Assembly: GCF_000002075.1 (NCBI RefSeq)
Contig: NW_004797900.1
Location: forward strand, 103,011-159,111
Reading direction: 5' to 3'
Length of the DNA stretch: 56,101 nt
Origin: Aplysia californica
Taxonomy: Eukaryota
Positions 49,315 to 56,101 of the stretch are shown here, in pieces. The notes under the pieces were generated by a model. The model saw only the letters and a program-made list of their open reading frames with translations. It was not told the DNA's origin and did not search any database. Position numbers and translations under genes: made by a program. Within the stretch, counting starts at the first letter, position 1; every line of letters starts with the position of its first letter.

Positions 49315-50550
49315 ATTATACTGACACTGTGGTCCGGTTAGAAAGTCAATGAGAAAAAGAAATAAGGCGACAAGCAAACAAACGTTTACCCTGAGAGACC
49401 ATGAAGGAGAAAAAAATCATCAACCACAAAAGGCCAAATCACGCTGTGTCATGGAAGTATCGTTCAACCTTTCCCCCTGTTGCAACGACAAACATTTCCT
49501 CGAAACTGCTAGATCTGGACCTGGAAACCAATGCTAGATCTAGACCTGCCAACCGATCTAGACCTGCCAACCGATCCAGCTACATGCCAACCACTCCGGG
49601 ACCAAAAAAAGTTTTCTCAGAATCCTCCTTAAAAGTAAAGAATTTGGGGAGAAAAAATGAGAGTCTCCAGAACCCCAGCAGATTAAAATAACGTTACGTA
49701 CAAAAAGTAACAATTCCACGTACATAGCAATTAAACGCACATAAACATTAATAAAAACGTGGATTTTCGTGTCGTATACAAATCACACAAATACTGAAAA
49801 TAATCCAATGTATTTCCACATTATTTACCATAAGTTGCTTACGACTGAGAAAAAAATTGGATTTTACGCATATATCTGACGTTGGTTCTTCAAAAGGAAA
49901 AAAAATCTGGAGGGCTCTGGTTTAACCGGAGTGGTCAGTAGGTCAGTGGGGGCTCATCTGTGGGCAGAAGATATTCGGAGACGTCTCCGGCGAGCACCCA
50001 GGAGCTATTCGGAGACGTAATCCCGCACACAGATGTACTGCTTTGTGGGTCAAATTGCGTATTGTTTGCTGCAGATCACACATATAATATATAGCCACTA
50101 CAACTGTCGCAAATCAATCATTATCAAGAAAATTTCAAACCTTACTGCAAAATATCAAACTATGGGTTAAAACAGGGGGGCATGCCCAGATTTTTGTTTT
50201 ATACTTGGTCCAGAGGAACAAAGCATTTTGATTGGTCTATCTCCGTCGGAGACGTCTCCGGATAGATACTGTGTCTGTGACCCATCGTGTCAGTGGTGTC
50301 CTGCGTGACAAAAATGTCTCGGGGTACTACTCAGCCAGTTATAGGAGAAAACCTAGTGACAGTCTCAGACTGGGGTTTTTCTACGAGACATGTACGGATT
50401 TCCTCTGGCAATCTGGTCACGTATTTTTTTAACGTGATGACTTATAATTGTACATTTTGCCACCATGCACCCTGTCCAGGTTTTGGCAAGAAGTTCCTGT
50501 ACGTTATACATATATATATATATATACGTATGAGGTGTATAATATACAAT

Positions 50551-50994
50551 ATGTGTCACAACGCAGTGGAATCAGGCGGTCGTCAATTTTTGGGCATGTG
50601 GGGTTATTGGCATCAACTGAAAGCTTGAACATTTGCCTTGCTTTCGATGAAAAAAACACCCATTTATCTTGAATACGAGTCAAGATATTTGCGATTGAAG
50701 GAGGTAGGGGTCGCTTGGTTTCAGAGGTAAAATTAGCAAGAAAATGGCCGCCAAAATTTGGTTATTTATATAGTCTGAGAGTCCGTGGAAACTGACAATT
50801 TACATTTTTTTTGCCTTTAAATCAACATTTTTCAGTAAAACCCACACAGAAAAGAGTTCTTAAATGGATTTTTTTAAAAGGTGTTGAGCCCCCCAAAAAA
50901 TTTTCTATAAAAATTGCCAAACCAGCGAGAAAATGCCAATTTCTTCATTTTCATTAGTTTGACAAGCGCCTGATTTCACCACGATCTCTCACAT
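50551..50994. mobile_element. Same MITE family as 38266-38680
   Basis: TIRs TGTGTCAC..GTGGAATCAGGCG / CGCCTGATTTCACC..TCACA, flanked by ATAT. Confidence 0.7.
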
Positions 50995-51213
50995 ATGATG
51001 TCATCAGCTGGGGCCCCTTGATGCAAGGAGAGTAAAACTCGACAACATACAAAGAAAAAGAAGGCAAAAATACACCTAAATACCACATAAGCTAAGACGC
51101 AAAAAGTTTGGGACATTCAACATTTCTCGAGTTTTGGATTTTTATAGAAATGCGACGCTGAATAATAACAAAAGAAATTTCTTTAAAAATCTGTAAACTG
51201 GCCAACGAGGATG

Positions 51214-51483
51214 TTAGAAAGTTGTTGGTGCGACTGCGTTGATGTCCTTGGTAGATATGTTCATCTTATCTCCTTCTGTGGCTCTCGTCAGCCAAGCTCC
51301 GAACTGGCGTGTCTTTGAGAAGAAGCTGAACCCCGCGCTCGCAGAAGTGTCTGCGACGGGGGTAGAGGAGCTCTGAGACACCCCGGCCATCGTTGTTGTT
51401 TTTGACACCGAGGCGATACCCGAACCCTTTCCATCTGGACAATCCACTTTTGCAGTGCTAGCTGCGGTCTCCCCTCTGGACAT
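51214..51483 (-). CDS. Putative 89-aa small protein MSRGETAAS..FSFFSKTRQFGAWLTRATEGDKMNISTKDINAVAPTTF
   Basis: Non-repetitive, GC-elevated ORF with AAAATG context inside the putative terminal exon starting at 51986. No family recognised. Confidence 0.55.
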   Translation of the reverse strand: MSRGETAASTAKVDCPDGKGSGIASVSKTTTMAGVSQSSSTPVADTSASAGFSFFSKTRQFGAWLTRATEGDKMNISTKDINAVAPTTF

Positions 51484-51936
51484 TTTTCTCTGTGCCGACT
51501 CACAACAGAGATGAGCAGCACACTTTACTTTGAGCGCTGAACTGCTCTCAAAAACGGAACAATGAAATGAAACCCTAACTTTGCCCCTAAACTTCACTCT
51601 TTTTCTCTTCACAATGTCAAAACTACTTCCAATGATATCAAATTTTATGTTACGTTTCTATTAAGAGATCAAACTGAGCAACATGAGTGGTCATTAAACA
51701 GTAGACTGCTTATTGACGGAATTTTGTAGTAAATTTCATGAACAAGAAGCTTCAAGCACTTATGTTGTTACAAACTACTGGTTTCCTTCAGATCCGACGT
51801 ATTAAACTGTTCCATCACTGTTATCTGTATTGCTAATTCAGTGACTACAAAATATCTGGACAAAGTCAACAATTCTACATTGAATGGCGATGAAGCGTTT
51901 GTCATCCTCCTGATTTGATATGCTCATAGAGCACTT

Positions 51937-54081
51937 CTAGCATCTTGCGTCTTTTCTGTGCCCTGGACATGTGCACAGATCACAACCTGTAAAATAATTT
52001 TTAGTTTTAGTAAGAGTTTTACGGCACTTGCATCACAATAAGGCCACATATATAAGTGCAGAAGATTAGGTGTTACAAGAGAGTAGCAATCACAAAAAAG
52101 AAAAGTGGAGTTGTTGCCCTGTATACTGACAAAAAACTAAAACTCCATCTTGTGAAGGACAGGCACTATAGCTGAACACAAGCTTTCTAATCCCAATTTA
52201 TTTAGTTTTAGTAAACATTTTATGGTACTTGCAACACAAATAGGTAATTTAAATGCCGAGGATTAGAGGTATTACTGAAGAGTAACATACAAAGAAAAGG
52301 AGGAGAGATAAGGATGATTTAGATTTTGGCAGGAAAGAAAGAGCAAACCACACTAGAGCACCTGCCAACCAACCAAAATCTAATTTAACTAGGCTGAAAG
52401 GAGATAAAGTTCCAAATGTTGATGTGATAAATGTTCATGCACTATTTCTGTAGGCCTGCAGGGCATCAATTGGAAATACATACCCAGATACTGAGTGTGG
52501 TCTGTGTCTTTGACTTTGGAGGGGAAGAACCAAGAGTCCTCTCTCACGGGGATAAAGAGAGCGCTTGTGAAGGGCAGCTCCTGCTCTGTTGGTGAAACAC
52601 AGGACAATAGCAAGGTTAGTTTTAGTTTGAGTAAGAGTTCTACGGCACTTGCAACACAATAATAACATCATATGTAAGTGCCGAAGATTAAAGGTGTTAC
52701 AAGAGAGTAAGAAACACAAAAAAAGGAGGAGAGATTTACAAGGATAATAGACATTTGATAGGAAAGAAGAAGCAAACCACACCAGAGCACCCGCCAACCA
52801 CCCACCAATGAGGTTAAAACGACCAGAGGACCAAACTTTCTAAATCTACACTGTTTACAGTAGGAGAATGCTGCTGAATGCAGACCTGCCTACCACTCTA
52901 TGACCAAAACTAGGGAGTAACTCAAGTTGTCAGCTAGCACACTGACAGATATTACCTGCTCTCTCTATCAACACTACTTTCTATTTGTACGCACAAGACA
53001 TCACTGGCACAAGACATCACTGGCACAAGACATCACTGGCTGCATTCTACACCCAATAATAGCCTATAATCATACAAATTATGGTCGCTTTAAAGGACAA
53101 GCGGGCTAACCCAGATTTCGGGGGGGTTCTAGAAATCTTGACCTAAGCTAAACGTGGGCATTGCTCCACCTATAGAAGTTTGGTTTCATTGGTGTATTGT
53201 TCGGTTATAAGGAAAACTCTCTTTGTATTTTAAAGAAACTGAACAAGGGGCAAAAAAATTAACCTTCGATTTTCTCAAAACAGTTATCGGGATAACCCCC
53301 ATGTGCTTGAAAGCGACCAAATGTCCCCATCAGTGTAGTTGAAGACCTTTTTTTTTTTTATCTCTATACAGATAAGACCTCAACATCGGTCTTCACCTTA
53401 TGTCAGTTAGACTAAGGCATCACCAGAAGAGCCTTTTCATCATTTTTATAATTAGGCTTAAAAGCAGGAAATTTCACAAGACAAACAGTGTTTAGAAGCA
53501 TCAAAAAGGAAAAGAAAACAGTAGCAGTATCATCTAGTGCATACGGTTTATAAATATAATAAATGTCACCATTGGAAGTAATTCATGACACAGTTAGAGT
53601 GAGTACAAGTTACAATCAAAATATTAAACGAAGTGACTATTTCTCCAAACGTTCGGGAAAATAAAGTTGAACTCTATTTCTCCAAACGGATTCCGATCTC
53701 GAGATTTTTTGGGTTATTTGCGAGATTTAAGCGTCATCCTTTCATTGTGCCATTGTGTGAGGACTGGAAAGAAGCATTTTTTGCAATCAAATTCAATTTC
53801 TAGAGCTAGAGATTTTTAAATGTCTGAATATTCAGATACTTCAGTTGTGGTTGGGACAACGTTCCCAGGATTATACTTCATTTGAAAATACCTTCTAAAA
53901 AGGTACTGCGAGAAAACAAATACAGCTCGACCTTGGCAGTAACCTATTTTGCATTTAGTCACCCAGAAAAAACTAAAATCCTTCAGGTAAAAAGAAAAAT
54001 CCCTCCACGCCCCCCCCCCCACCGGTTCACACCTTACACACACACACACATGTCGTACACTCACACACACACATGTACACC

Positions 54082-54154
<73 letters not shown>

Positions 54155-55348
54155 GCCACTCCATTCGCTTACTTATCAACAAATCTCGAGAGCGGAAATC
54201 GTTCGGAGAAATAGAGTTCAAGTTTATTTTCCCGAACGTTCGGAGAAATAGAGCCGGCATTAAATTCAAACCAGTAAACTTTGTTTGGTAGCATCTAAAA
54301 CTGAATAAAGTGAGATCATATAAAATAGTATAATAATATTTTATAATCACATCTACGTATAAAAGGTTTTAAAAGTCAACAATGGAAAAAGTATACAAAA
54401 TTATTATTTCGTTATCAAGTCAGTCCCATATATGCCTTATATTGAAATGTCAATAGCCAGTCAATAAATCCACATATATTATAGAATAGGCCCTGTTCTT
54501 TCTTTCAGTTTTATGCTGGTCGCAGTTACACGAAGACTTGTAATAACATCAAGACGTTAGATATATAGCCCACGATAGGGAAAGGTGGAAAGTGTTGGTG
54601 CGTGGCCTATCCTATAGGGGGAAGATTGAAGAATACCGGACCGCTCGTACATTATTGCGCGAGAGAGTGGGGTAGGTGGTTGGGGTGGAGGAGGGGGGAG
54701 GTGGGGTTCAGGGGGTCTCCCCCCTGACAAAATTTTAATGAATAGATCTACCGGTCCGAGATTCTCCATTGAGAGATATTAAAAACGGGAAAGTTATGAA
54801 TTCCTAAGGTTGAGACATAGGCAAAGTCAGTCCGCTGGTCCGGTATTCTTCAATCTTACCCCTATAGGCCTACCTTAACCCAGGGGGGAAGGGCAATGAT
54901 GATGATGACAGTCACATGGTTTTTCAACAATAAAAATAATAGCAGCCTACAAAGAATACACTCGCAGTAAGTAGGCATTAGACTCATTAGTAAGTTAGAT
55001 CTAGATCTAGATCACAAGACCTCTGTCTCTAGAAGAATCTGTGAAAGTAATCCCAGACTGGACCAGTAACAGGACCAGAACTCTACACCAAAACAAATAA
55101 CAAAAGAATAGTTCAAAATAGAAAATATAGATTTAGATCTAATCTAGATCTATATCTAGATCTAGAGTCTAGATCTAATAGGAATATTGGACATTAAAGG
55201 CTTTTAGTTAAACAATGAAACAGACTGCTGCAGCAGAGGTAGACTGCACTGACCACTCCTTCGAAAACAGCCCGACCCCTCAATGTCCAGTCGACCCAAC
55301 AGGCCCGTGGAGGCCGCGTGATGTATCAAATCAAACTCAAACAGTGTT
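51937..55348 (-). CDS. Putative spliced upstream ORF without in-frame ATG. Exons ~55348-55254, 52585-52484, 51986-51937
   Basis: Donors G|GTCAGT (55253) and G|GTATGT (52483); acceptors CAACAG and TTACAG; phases 1/1 agree. Translation TLFEFDLIHHAASTGLLGRLDIEGSGCFRRS|EQELPFTSALFIPVREDSWFFPSKVKDTDHTQYL|GCDLCTCPGHRKDARC*. About 23 of 33 codons in the middle exon end in G/C. Confidence 0.5.
51998..52373 (-). mobile_element. Two SINE family A copies (51998-~52105, 52200-52373)
   Basis: Reverse-complement homology; the first tail ends ~11 nt before acceptor 51986. Confidence 0.8.
52616..52805 (-). mobile_element. SINE family A copy
   Basis: Full length; tail ACTAAAACTAAC ~30 nt before acceptor 52585. 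Confidence 0.85.
53635..54255. mobile_element. MITE with ~70-bp TIRs
   Basis: CTATTTCTCCAAACGTTCGGGAAAATAAA..CTCGAGATTT mirrored at 54181-54255. Confidence 0.75.
54608..54868. mobile_element. MITE, TIR CCTATAGGGGxAAGATTGAAGAATACCGG
   Basis: ~30-bp inverted termini. Confidence 0.7.
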
Positions 55349-55499
55349 CTGCCATATAATCAAACTATTATCAAACAAACATCAGTTATAATGTTATAAT
55401 GACTTGCCTGCTCCTGTTACGGTTCACTGCCTCCTGACAATAACCAAAGACGAGAAAAATGAGTGAGGTCAGAAGTGAAGAATGACGGAGAAGCAGAAA

Positions 55500-55660
55500 C
55501 TGTGTTGGTGAAAAGGAAAAATAATGTGACCCGGAAGTAGTGAGTCGCCAGTCCAGTGACCTGAGATTGCCTGGACGGACAATGAAAGTAAAAAAAACAC
55601 CAATCTAGATGTACTTGTCAAAGGGAGAAAACCTTAGAACATAGAGGTAAAACCGGAAAT
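55500..55660 (-). promoter_or_regulatory. Possible promoter of the minus-strand transcript (ETS-type CCGGAAGT at 55531, CCGGAAAT near 55653)
   Basis: ETS/GABP consensus motifs just upstream of the first putative exon. Confidence 0.35.
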
Positions 55661-56101
55661 AATTGTTGGTTGGCAGTAAAGAATTATTATACACATTATG
55701 TACATTGTACATGTAACTGTAATTTATATAAGATATTATATTGTACTATTGTATGCATTAAGGTTGTTACTGTTCAAGACGTGTTTAGAAACATTCTTTG
55801 ACCAAAATAACTGTTAAGTCCCCCAAAAATGTCTTTGTTGCATATTTTTTTACGTGAAGAAGAATAAGCTTTGCTGAAAACCTAAATCAACATGAGTCTA
55901 AAGCTTGGAGTAATTATATATTGATAGTTACTCCAAGGTCTACAGTCTACACACATGTTTTATATTCCAAAACAAGTCAGAAGTGTGGCAACGCTTTCAC
56001 TGATATAATAATAGTAACAAACATTTTTTCTCAACTAAGGCAAAATTATGATTTTAGTTAAGCCAGGTGACTAGTAGTGTAAATCTATGAGTTACGCCCC
56101 C

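Noticed and set aside
53329-53445. Minus-strand intronic ATGATGA...CTGA as a C/D snoRNA
   Set aside because: No convincing terminal stem or terminal D box, and no identifiable rRNA guide.

Overview
AT-rich, repeat-dense eukaryotic genomic DNA from an invertebrate animal. It is plausibly a gastropod mollusc, a weak inference from (CTAGAT)n microsatellites and SINE types. There are four N-gaps. Most entries in the ORF track are noise, so genes were rebuilt by hand from GT-AG exons with consistent phases. (1) The 3' part of RNF220 (+, 4980-12052) has a textbook U12 minor intron and apparently lacks the central RING exon. (2) NDUFAF2/mimitin (-, 27075-17987, six exons) carries a 1-nt frameshift in exon 3. 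(3) A head-to-head, unrecognised 428-aa coiled-coil/acidic-tail gene lies on + at 28202-38944. (4) A putative spliced minus-strand transcript (~55.4-51.2 kb) holds an ATG-less Cys/His-ending ORF, several uORFs and an 89-aa downstream ORF. The most striking pattern is a ~180-bp SINE-like retroposon with an (ACTAAA)n tail. It is sense-oriented in every intron it occupies, and its tail (or that of a sister family) sits ~10-105 nt upstream of about 10 of ~25 splice acceptors. Also present are an unclassified CTGTCC...GGACAG DNA-transposon family with 6-bp TSDs and several minisatellites that duplicate splice junctions.
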